A program made the position numbers and the translations under genes. A DNA stretch of 64,000 nt, taken from positions 8,686 through 72,685 of the forward strand of contig JAXGPH010000003.1 of the NCBI GenBank assembly GCA_040767065.1. Reading direction: 5' to 3'. Under the pieces are notes generated by a model that saw only the letters and a list, made by a program, of their open reading frames with translations, was not told the DNA's origin and made no database searches. Source of the DNA: Anaerolineaceae bacterium (lineage in GTDB: Bacteria; Chloroflexota; Anaerolineae; Anaerolineales; Anaerolineaceae). Within the stretch, counting starts at the first letter, position 1, and every line of letters begins with the position of its first letter. Positions 1-8,643 of this stretch are shown here, piece after piece.

Positions 1-234
1 TTTATTGTACATTCATGCTGATTAGCAAGCAAAGTTTTTGAGTAATTTCAGAAACACGCTTGTTGTTGCAATGTTTGTCGACTTGTGTTCTATTTTCGTG
101 ATATTTTTCTTGACCTCATCTATTTTTATAGAAATATCCCCACCTGAGGTGGCTCATGCCCAGAAAAAATTGTCAATCACTTTCGCTTTTTACTGGCACA
201 AAAAGCAACCAAGCAGTAACAAAATATCACTTTG

Positions 235-483
235 ATGGATGTGCAGCTCGAGACAGGTGTTGCCTGGTCAACACTGAATTCCTGGTCTAATAACCAATTG
301 ACCCGTTATGACGCACCGCTGATAACGCGTTATGCGAATATTTTGATTACCAGAAATTTATTACCAGAAAAACTTATTGTGGGTAAACCTGGTTATAATT
401 ATTTCAGCAAAATCCAACATGTCTCTGCCATGAATATACACCGAGGTGGATCTTTTTTTAATGATTGCCTTTTTCTTGATTGA
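235..483 (+). CDS. hypothetical small protein, weak XRE/Cro-like HTH resemblance
   Basis: ORF track 232..483, ATG at 235. The segment ETGVAWSTLNSWSNNQ resembles an HTH recognition region. Support is weak. Confidence 0.2.
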   Translation: MDVQLETGVAWSTLNSWSNNQLTRYDAPLITRYANILITRNLLPEKLIVGKPGYNYFSKIQHVSAMNIHRGGSFFNDCLFLD

Positions 484-583
484 AGACCTTAAACCGAAAA
501 GTTCAATTTAACGGAATTTGCTTATACTTGAAAATAAGAAGAGACGAACCACCATCGGTACAATTATTTATAGAACCATCCGC

Positions 584-2314
584 ATGACAAAAAATATTAC
601 TGAAAGCGCCATTAAATCCGCATCTTCCTCTGAAAGTTTTACGCGCGGGTATAAGCTGTATCAATCTGGTGCAATATTTGACACCTTCCGGCAGGGCGAT
701 CTCCTCACCGGAAAATGCGAAGGCAGCAGTGCGCCATTTTATCAAATACGTGTTCAATTGGATGAAGGCGGTATCCAGGAGGCTTCCTGCACCTGTCCGT
801 ATGACTGGGGTGGTTACTGCAAGCATATCGTTGCTTTAATGCTCACCTATATCCATAACCCGGATGCTTTTATCGAGCAAAAAAACATCAGTGAGCAGTT
901 GGGGCAACTGGATAAAGATGCTCTGGTTCACCTGATCACCAAAATGGTAGATAAAAATCCAGACTTGTATTCGTGGCTGCAAACCGCCATTCCAGCCGTG
1001 TCAGTCAAGTCTCAGCCAGCCCAACAACGAAATAAGCGTAAAACAGAAGTATCAAAGTCGGCATACAAGCGACAGATTCAAAGCATATTGCACAGTCTGC
1101 AAGGGTATCGCATGTCAGAAGCATACTGGATGATGGGTGGAATGGTCGATCAACTGGATCATGTTCGTGATACAGCCTATGATTTTCTGGAAGCGGATGA
1201 TGCACAAGGGGCGTTGGTAATCCTGACCACCCTTCTAACCGAGGTCAGTGGAAGTTATGAACAGTTCGATGATTCCGACGGCCTGTTGGGTGGTTTTTTT
1301 AGTGAATTGGCTCTGCCGCTTGTTGAAGCCATCCTGAGCGCCGACCTCAGCAAAACCGAACGTTACAATCTGTTTAATGAGTTGGAACCTGTGGTTGAAG
1401 AATTAAGTGCATACGGGATTGATGATCTGGATGTGGTCCTGGCTGCCCTGAATCCAGGCTGGTCGGAGAAAGGGTTGAATAAGCAGGAAGATAATGATTA
1501 TGACGAATCTATCCTGACCGAAGCTAAACTGAATATCTTGGAACGTCAGAATCGTGTCGAAGAATTTCTTAAGTTATGTCTTGAGGTTGGAGAATACCAG
1601 CGCTATATTCTCAAACAGATAGAGGCAGGAGATTTTGAAAAAGCGGTAGAAGTTGCCTGGAAAACCATCACTCAAGCCAGTGATGTCTTGGTGATCGCCA
1701 AATCGCTGCGAGACGCCGGGCATTTAGCAGAGGCACTGCGCCTGGCAGAGAATGGGCTTACCCTGGATGGCAGTAAGCATGATCTGGGTGTCTGGCTTGG
1801 ACCGATTGAAGAGACCCAGGGGCAGATCGATAAAGCCATCCAAGCTTACCAGGCAGCATTCACCAGTCTACCTTCACTGGAACTATACGGCATACTCAAA
1901 AACCTATCTGGCACGAATTGGGGCAATCTAAAATCGGTTCTCATGCAGGTCCTTCAAACCTCACCCCACATAGATGTGCTTGCAGACGTGTATCTTTCTG
2001 AAGAGGAATGGGATAGGGCGATCGACATCGCCGATAAAGCCGGCGATTGGAATTATTCCCTAATCGAAAAAGTCGCGGATGCTGTTTTCCCCTTTCGTCC
2101 AGATTGGGTGATCCAGGCCAGCCGAAAACAGGCAGAAGGGTTAATCGCCAAAACTCAGAGCAAGTATTATGCCATTGCAGCACGCTGGCTGGCAAAGATG
2201 AAACAAGCCTACCTTTCCTCTGGCAGGAAAGCCGAATGGTTATCTTACCTGGAGGGGTTGAAAAGCACCTATTCGCGCCGGCCGGCTTTGCAAGCGGAAT
2301 TGCGTAAACTTTAA
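584..2314 (+). CDS. SWIM zinc-finger domain protein with a long helical-repeat C-terminal region
   Basis: CxC..CxH SWIM signature in SCTCPYDWGGYCKHIVAL. Start moved to the ATG at 584 (MTKNITESAIK), the usual N-terminus for this family. The rest is alpha-helical and TPR-like by composition. Confidence 0.7.
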   Translation: MTKNITESAIKSASSSESFTRGYKLYQSGAIFDTFRQGDLLTGKCEGSSAPFYQIRVQLDEGGIQEASCTCPYDWGGYCKHIVALMLTYIHNPDAFIEQKNISEQLGQLDKDALVHLITKMVDKNPDLYSWLQTAIPAVSVKSQPAQQRNKRKTEVSKSAYKRQIQSILHSLQGYRMSEAYWMMGGMVDQLDHVRDTAYDFLEADDAQGALVILTTLLTEVSGSYEQFDDSDGLLGGFFSELALPLVEAILSADLSKTERYNLFNELEPVVEELSAYGIDDLDVVLAALNPGWSEKGLNKQEDNDYDESILTEAKLNILERQNRVEEFLKLCLEVGEYQRYILKQIEAGDFEKAVEVAWKTITQASDVLVIAKSLRDAGHLAEALRLAENGLTLDGSKHDLGVWLGPIEETQGQIDKAIQAYQAAFTSLPSLELYGILKNLSGTNWGNLKSVLMQVLQTSPHIDVLADVYLSEEEWDRAIDIADKAGDWNYSLIEKVADAVFPFRPDWVIQASRKQAEGLIAKTQSKYYAIAARWLAKMKQAYLSSGRKAEWLSYLEGLKSTYSRRPALQAELRKL

Positions 2315-2503
2315 TGCCAGAACTTCATAATTTTTTTGACTAATGTAAAGACAGGCCAATTACAATGACAAGCCAATAATATTTTTCTGGGCATCAATGT
2401 CAGCGGGCATGTCAGCTTCACATCAACAATGCGGCTGCGGCAAAATCCCGTTAACGCCGGCATAATATCAGCGAGTAAACCCACTCTGTAATGATCGGGG
2501 TTC

Positions 2504-3861
2504 TTATCCCACAATATCCCTCAAATCCAATAACACGACATCATGCCGCTGCTCAATATTCTCCCTAAGCTGAGGGGTAAATCCGGACCGAGCGCACAGT
2601 GCAAAACGGATTTGGCGATTTTCTAACTCAGGCCTGATCAGGTTGGACTTCCGCTCAAGCTCTGCCAGAACATCAACACCCACCGGTCTGCTCGTCCATT
2701 TGCTTTCCACCAAGATGGCATCGTTCTCAACCAATACAACCAGATCAACCTCTTCGTTGGCATTCCACCAGTTACCAATATTCGTAGGCACAAAGGGTAA
2801 TTTCCCGGATATTCCGGCTTGCCAGAAAAATTGCTGACACACTTCCTCAAACGTCAGGCTGGAGAAGTGGTCGATTTCCGGTATCACCTGGTTTTCCAGT
2901 ATGATTTGTGCCCCGCCGCGTTCAAGCTGCGACCGGTTTGGGTGAACATACCGAAACCAAAAATGTAAGTAAGGATCTTTAAGCCGATAGATTCCGCGGC
3001 GGCTTTTCTGAGGTTGAGTTACCGTCACGGGAACCAAGCAATCAACCAGGTGAAGCTGCTGCAAGGTATCCAGGTAAGCGGTTGCCCCTTCAATTCCGTG
3101 GCTTGTTTGATCTCATTCAAGCGGGTTTTGCCAGCCGCGATGGCTTGCAGAATTGCGAAGTAATTGCGCGGTTCGCGTAGCTCCTGCTGAAGCACAAAGC
3201 GCACTTCGTCATATAAAAATGAACCGCGGCTGAGGATTCCATCCAGAATATTTTCTCTCAAAGACTGCTGGGGTTTAAGCGTGCGCAGATAAGCCGGCGT
3301 GCCACCATAAACCGCATAGGCACGTACCTGATCTTCTAAATCAAATGATGGATAAAACAGCCGGGCATCTTTAAACTGCAACGGTTCAAGTAAATACTGC
3401 GCTGTCCTCCTGCCGTACAGCGGCGCCTGATACCCTAAAACAGTTTCTTCCATCATGCCGATATAAGATCCGCAAAGAATCAGCATGATCTGGCTGTTCT
3501 TTAGGGTCTGATCCCATACACGCTGGAGGATGGTCGCAAGAGGCGGGTGTGCCGTGACCAGGTATGGGAACTCGTCCAACACGACCACCAACTGGTAGTT
3601 TTTCGCTGCCTGGGCAAGTGCATGGAACAAATCTTCCCAGGTAGAGTAAACGGCATTCATCTGGTTGGGACCAAACAAAGTCGTGTTGACCGCAGTGGAT
3701 AAAGCCGTCCGGAGGGATATCTCCGAACCCAGGTCTGAAACAAAGAAAATCGAGCGCTTGCCTTCGCAAAAACGAGCCAAGAGTTCGGTCTTGCCAACCC
3801 GCCAGCGGCCGTAAAGTACAAAAAACTCTGCTTTACCCGAAGCATAGCATTTTTCCAGCAA
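2504..3861 (-). pseudogene. AAA ATPase of the archaeal-ATPase/DUF234 family, interrupted by a 1-nt frameshift
   Basis: ORF 3025..3861 carries Walker A (YGRWRVGKTELL) and Walker B (VVVLDEFPYL). ORF 2504..3064 carries the DUF234-like C-terminus (YRLKDPYLHFWFRYVHP). The frames join near 3085-3100 at a short G/C run, and total length plus 1 nt gives 453 codons. A TGA lies just upstream of DRVSELELLEKCY, so the N-terminus is also uncertain. Confidence 0.7.
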
Positions 3862-4314
3862 TTCAAGTTCAGAAACACGGTCTCAAGTTGGCTCAAGTGG
3901 CCTTGTCAAGTGGTCTTTTCAGGGGAATCGCCTCTAAATGAGAAACATCACTCAAAAAAATTTCGAGAATTTCAAATAATAACTAATAATATTTCATATT
4001 TACTTATTATATTTGATCGATAAACCTGCTTTGGCAGTCAATTCACGGCAAAAAGAATTCTTTTAAGCCAAACCTATCTCTTATTACTACTCAAACAGAA
4101 TTGTGTTATCCGCAAAGAGTGAGAAAGCTATTCAAAAGATCTGATTTCTAATCATTTTTGGTGGCTTTCCTGAAAAATAAGATGCAATTGCCTTGGTGGT
4201 CTTTTCAAGTTGTATACGAGTTCTGTAAATATTTAAACTTACCCCATGCATAAAGCGAACCACCTGGCAAAGCCAGGTGGTTGGTAAGGAAGTGAAACGT
4301 TTTAGACAAATTGT

Positions 4315-4791
4315 TTAGTCATCAATGCAAGAACCGTCACGTAGTCCGGCACCTTGTCCCATACCTTGTTTGTTGCCGCCACCAAAGCCCTGACCCTCAC
4401 CAGGTCCGAAGCCTTCACCTTCGCCAGGACCGTATTGCATGCCAGTGCCGCTGCCATCGCGCAGCCGCAGCTGATCAGGAATACCGTCGCCATCGGCGTC
4501 GCATGTGCCATCACCAGGTCCGTAGCCGTTACCATACTGCATGCCGGCACCAGTGCCGTCTTGCAAGCGCAATTGATCAGGAACGCCATCGCCATCAGCG
4601 TCGCAAGTTCCATCACATGTGCCATCGCCGGGTCCAAAGCCACGCCCGTAGCGGGTCACCACAGGGGCGGGCAATTCAGTCGCTTCAACCTCAGGAGTCT
4701 CTTCCTGGGCGAAAGCTGAACCACCAACCGTAAATGCCAAGGCGCTAAGCACCAATATTGTCAAACCGATACCTAAAATTTTCTTGTTCAT
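4315..4791 (-). CDS. secreted Asp/Gly-rich protein with thrombospondin type-3-like calcium-binding repeats
   Basis: Signal peptide MNKKILGIGLTILVLSALAFTVGGSAFA. Duplicated unit GDGTCDADGDG(V/I)PDQLRL(Q/R)DG(T/S)G(A/T)GMQYG. The DxDxDGxxDxxD pattern is typical of TSP3/OmpA-type Ca-binding repeats. A hairpin at 4257-4281 lies just downstream. Confidence 0.65.
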   Translation of the reverse strand: MNKKILGIGLTILVLSALAFTVGGSAFAQEETPEVEATELPAPVVTRYGRGFGPGDGTCDGTCDADGDGVPDQLRLQDGTGAGMQYGNGYGPGDGTCDADGDGIPDQLRLRDGSGTGMQYGPGEGEGFGPGEGQGFGGGNKQGMGQGAGLRDGSCIDD

Positions 4792-4956
4792 CTTATTTTC
4801 CTTCTATTTTATTTCACCACTTCAACGGTGATGCTGTTAATTTACAGTGTGTTGATTAAGTTTATATCCATTTCTTATTCAGATTTGATTTAGATTGGAG
4901 ACGCATTGATGAACGGTTTTTTTGCGGCGCAACTGGTGAATGGTCAGACAGTATAA

Positions 4957-5227
4957 CCACGGTATTGATCATTGAAGATGAAGTTAATCTGAACAATAAT
5001 TTGTCTGATTAACTGCGCCACCATGCGTTAATGCCAATTTCCGCACACACGGCTCAGGAAGGCGTGCGGTCACGGCTTGGCGCTGGCAATTTTGCGCTGG
5101 TTGGCGCGCGTTCAAGGGGTAATTTTTGCGTTTGCAACCACTGCAACATCGGAGCAGAACTTACCCCGGAGTTCCCCTTATTGCGGCTTGAAAAGCCTCC
5201 CCATTTGAACAAGAAAAACCAGAAATC
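4957..5227 (+). pseudogene. remnant of a response-regulator receiver domain
   Basis: The translation gives TTVLIIEDEVNLNNNLSD, a stop, then LRHHALMPISAHTAQEGV..NFALV. Later PGVPLIAA appears in a shifted frame. This is the N-terminal OmpR/NarL-type receiver pattern, broken by a stop and frameshifts and ending against the msrP remnant. Confidence 0.35.
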
Positions 5228-6075
5228 CTAATACTCAACCGTCAGATCAATACCTTCATAGAGGGAAGCGACTTCGTCATAACCGTTAAAAAGTAAGGTC
5301 GCGCGTCGTTCGCTTTCACCAAGGCGAAGTTCTGTTGCCTGGGACCAGCGCGGGTGGTTCTCCGCTGGATTGACGTTGGCAAGAAAGCCATATTCCTGGG
5401 GCGCCAGGGTATCCCAAAAAATTGGCGGCTGCTCGATTGAAAGAATAATACGCTGAATAGCCTTGGGACTCTTGAGGCCATACTTCCAGGGTACCACTAC
5501 CCTTAGCGGGGCACCATCCTGCTTCGAAAGCGGTTCGGAATACATCTCCGTTGCCATGAGGGTCAACTCATGCATCGCCCCATCCAACCGCAGACCTTCC
5601 CATAAGGCCAGGGAAAGCCGCGCAGAGAGATCTGTCTGGGCATCTCCTCCGGGCGGAATACCGATTCAAAGGCGACGAACTTTGCCTCTGGCAGCGGCTG
5701 CACTCCCTCAAGAGGGTCCTTGAGCAAAAAACCCGACCAGGGAAGAACCATGGAATATCCCTCAATATAACGCACGCGGTAGACTCGCTCAAGGATATCA
5801 AAGCGTTCTGGCAACTCGGGAACGGTGTAGGTGACGGGTTTGCTACTAATCCACCCATTTCCACTTGCCAGGGGTCAATCGAAAAATCTTTTGTGTTTTT
5901 TCACAGATCGTTCGGAGAGTGAAAACTCGTAGTAGTTGTTGAAGTTCAGCGCTTCAGATTGTCCGTGATCTCATCCAGAATCGAAGTTCGTGCGGTGCCG
6001 GGCGCAGCCCCGGGGACACATGCCGCCAGGGTCAAGCCTGCGCCAAACCTTGCCGCTTGTTTCAGAAACTGTCTA
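5228..6075 (-). pseudogene. msrP: protein-methionine-sulfoxide reductase catalytic subunit MsrP (YedY-like molybdoenzyme), multiply frameshifted
   Basis: Three frames each carry successive MsrP segments: FNNYYEF; KPVTYTVPELPERFDILERVYRVRYIEGYSMVLPWSGF; and [43 protein letters not shown] Tat-like leader (CRQFLKQAARFGAGLTLAA) lies near 6040-6075. At least 4 frame changes or stops are present, mostly at short homopolymers. Confidence 0.7.
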
Positions 6076-6250
6076 CAGTTCAGGTAAAAGGACTTAGGGG
6101 TGTTTAGATCGCGTTCTTATTGATTAGACAAACTTTATTTTATAAATTGAGAGAGGCAATGTAAAACCCTTTTGCAGACCCGAGCAACATCAGACAGGCA
6201 TGATGTTGATTGGTATAATACCTCTCAGTACATCAGAGAAAGTTGTGGAT

Positions 6251-7144
6251 ATGCAAAAAATTAGGGTGATGACTCTCAATCTGGGCGGCGGGGAAAAAAA
6301 CTTCACGGGCTCTCCTGAAAAAACGCAGTATAAGACTGAAGCGATTGTTCAGTTACTTGAAGAGATCAAGCCGGACGTTTTTGGCGTGCAGGAGATTTCC
6401 CACTACATTGATGCGGATGGTATTACCCACAGCATGGTTGACCGCATCCACACGGATTGCGGTTTCCAGCACGCCTTTTACGGCGAAACGCTATCCATGA
6501 AACGTCACATGCAGGTCAAAAAAGACTTGATGGTGAATGGGTTGTTTAACGATTGGTGGGATTGGTCCAAGGGTAATGCAATCTTTTCGAACATTGCCTT
6601 CAGTCGCTTGAGCGACACCAGCAAAGTAGGCGTACCACGCAATGTGCCCCTTTTTCAGCCTGTGAATTATGAGGGCTCGCGGGATACCGACCCGCGGTAT
6701 GTGATCCTCACCCGCCTGAAGCAAGCCCCTTACCCATTCGTTCTCAACCTCCACCTGACTACTCTGGTTGGAGAACGGGGAGAAAACGCCTGGAGCGAAG
6801 TGGTGGATGCTGCCAGGATCACACGCTCGCAGCAGATCAGTGGGATCATCAGCCTGGTCCAAAGGCATGTGCTCATTCCGCAACTGCCAATGATTCTGAT
6901 GGGTGACTTCAACGCAACCGCTGAAGAGTACACATTGCGCGATATGCTGGAGAGGGATCACGGCATCATGCCATTAAAACCACAAGATAATATCGCCACT
7001 CACCCCCATGCAGGGGCGGTTGATCACATTTTTTTCTTCCCGGTCAAACGATTGGTGGATTACACCTGTTACGTTGTCAGCACACCTCTCTCGCATTCAA
7101 TTTCCGACCACTTGCCAGTGGTGGCTGACATTATTATTCAATAA
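6251..7144 (+). CDS. endonuclease/exonuclease/phosphatase (EEP) family protein
   Basis: MQKIRVMTLNLGGG, FGVQEIS, MGDFNAT and SDHLPVVADI are the EEP catalytic motifs. Start placed at the ATG at 6251. Confidence 0.8.
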   Translation: MQKIRVMTLNLGGGEKNFTGSPEKTQYKTEAIVQLLEEIKPDVFGVQEISHYIDADGITHSMVDRIHTDCGFQHAFYGETLSMKRHMQVKKDLMVNGLFNDWWDWSKGNAIFSNIAFSRLSDTSKVGVPRNVPLFQPVNYEGSRDTDPRYVILTRLKQAPYPFVLNLHLTTLVGERGENAWSEVVDAARITRSQQISGIISLVQRHVLIPQLPMILMGDFNATAEEYTLRDMLERDHGIMPLKPQDNIATHPHAGAVDHIFFFPVKRLVDYTCYVVSTPLSHSISDHLPVVADIIIQ

Positions 7145-7155
7145 AGGAGCCTTTT

Positions 7156-8625
7156 GTGGCAAATAATCAATATTTTGGTACGGATGGCATCCGCGGTACA
7201 GCTGGTACACCACCGATGACTGCGGAATTTGTTTATCGGCTTGGAGTGGCTGTTGGGCATATTCTCAGCCTTGAAACCCCTGGTCCTGACTTGTTTGTCA
7301 TCGGGCGCGACACGCGCGTCTCAGGTCCGCTGCTGCAGGAGGCGCTAACGCGCGGTTTGCTCACCAGTGGAGCGCGCGTGGTGGACCTCGGCATCTTACC
7401 CACACCCGGGATTGCCTGGCTGACCCGCGAGCTTGGCGCAACTGCCGGCGCAGTCATTTCCGCGTCGCATAATCCCGCGGCTGAAAATGGCATCAAATTC
7501 CTAAATCCGCAGGGTATGAAGCTTTCTGAGAACCAGGAAACCGCCATTGAAGTCTATCTCGCGAACCTGCCCGAAGGGGACCTTAATCTGCCTGAAACTG
7601 GACTTCGCGTGGATGGCACGAAATTCTATGACCTCTACCTGCAAGATCTGCTTGCCACACAGGAAAGTCTGGATCTCAGCGGGCTGAAAATCCTGTTGGA
7701 TTGCGCAAATGGGGCAGCATATCGGGTGGGACCAGAACTGTTTGGAGGTTTAGGCGCCGAAGTTATTGCGCTGAATACAGAATCAGACGGGATCAACATT
7801 AACGTGCATGCCGGTTCGGAATATGCCCGTTCCAAGCCTGAAGCTCTGGCAGCTTTGCTCGCCGAACATCAAGCCAACATTGCCATCACTTTTGACGGCG
7901 ATGCTGATCGCGTGATCCTGATGGATGAGAATGGTCAGTTGATCGACGGAGATCACATGCTCGCAATCCTGGCAGATGCACTGCACCAACAGCATAAATT
8001 GCTGGCTGATACATTGGTGACGACCGTGATGGCCAACGGGTCTCTACGCCATTATGCTGCAGAGCACAACTTTGAGCTGATCCAAACACCAGTTGGAGAC
8101 AAATACGTGACCGATGCACTGCTTGGTTTGACCGCTGAGAGCGATCCTGAAGGCAAACTGGGGTTGGGTGGTGAACAATCCGGTCATATCATCCTGCTGG
8201 ATAAAAGCCATCGCACGGGCGACGGTTTACGCACGGCAGTCTTTATGCTGCAGGTCCTGCTCCAACAAGAGCAGCCTTCTCTGGCTGCGCTTGCCTCCCG
8301 GATCCAAAAATATCCTCAGCTGGTGGCATCCTGCAATGTCGCCTCCAAGTTGGACTTGCAGACCATGGCTCCTTTGCAGGCAAAGCTGGATGAGATCAAA
8401 CACCGTCTGCCCGGACTGGTACAGCTCAACTCGCGCTATTCAGGGACTGAGCCGAAATATCGCCTGATGATCGAAACCGACACCCGCCACAGCACCCACG
8501 AACTGGCAGTGATCTGCTGGGAAGTCTGCGATTTGATCCAACGCGAGACAGGCACTCCGCCTGGTGCTAAAATCGAAGTCCTGAACGTTTCTGCTGGCGG
8601 GTTGGTTCCCCGTCCTGAGATATAA
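7156..8625 (+). CDS. glmM: phosphoglucosamine mutase
   Basis: YFGTDGIRGTAG, phosphoserine loop SASHNPAAENGIKF, metal loop FDGDADR, GGEQSGH, YSGTEPKYRLM. GTG start with an AAGGAG RBS 12 nt after the EEP stop. Confidence 0.85.
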   Translation: MANNQYFGTDGIRGTAGTPPMTAEFVYRLGVAVGHILSLETPGPDLFVIGRDTRVSGPLLQEALTRGLLTSGARVVDLGILPTPGIAWLTRELGATAGAVISASHNPAAENGIKFLNPQGMKLSENQETAIEVYLANLPEGDLNLPETGLRVDGTKFYDLYLQDLLATQESLDLSGLKILLDCANGAAYRVGPELFGGLGAEVIALNTESDGININVHAGSEYARSKPEALAALLAEHQANIAITFDGDADRVILMDENGQLIDGDHMLAILADALHQQHKLLADTLVTTVMANGSLRHYAAEHNFELIQTPVGDKYVTDALLGLTAESDPEGKLGLGGEQSGHIILLDKSHRTGDGLRTAVFMLQVLLQQEQPSLAALASRIQKYPQLVASCNVASKLDLQTMAPLQAKLDEIKHRLPGLVQLNSRYSGTEPKYRLMIETDTRHSTHELAVICWEVCDLIQRETGTPPGAKIEVLNVSAGGLVPRPEI

Positions 8626-8643
8626 ACTAATCAAGGAGTATGT

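Noticed and set aside
38-235. 65-aa hydrophobic ORF at the window start, and ORF 503..826 on the minus strand.
   Set aside because: Low-complexity, AT-rich sequence with no motifs. The second ORF is antisense to the SWIM gene start.
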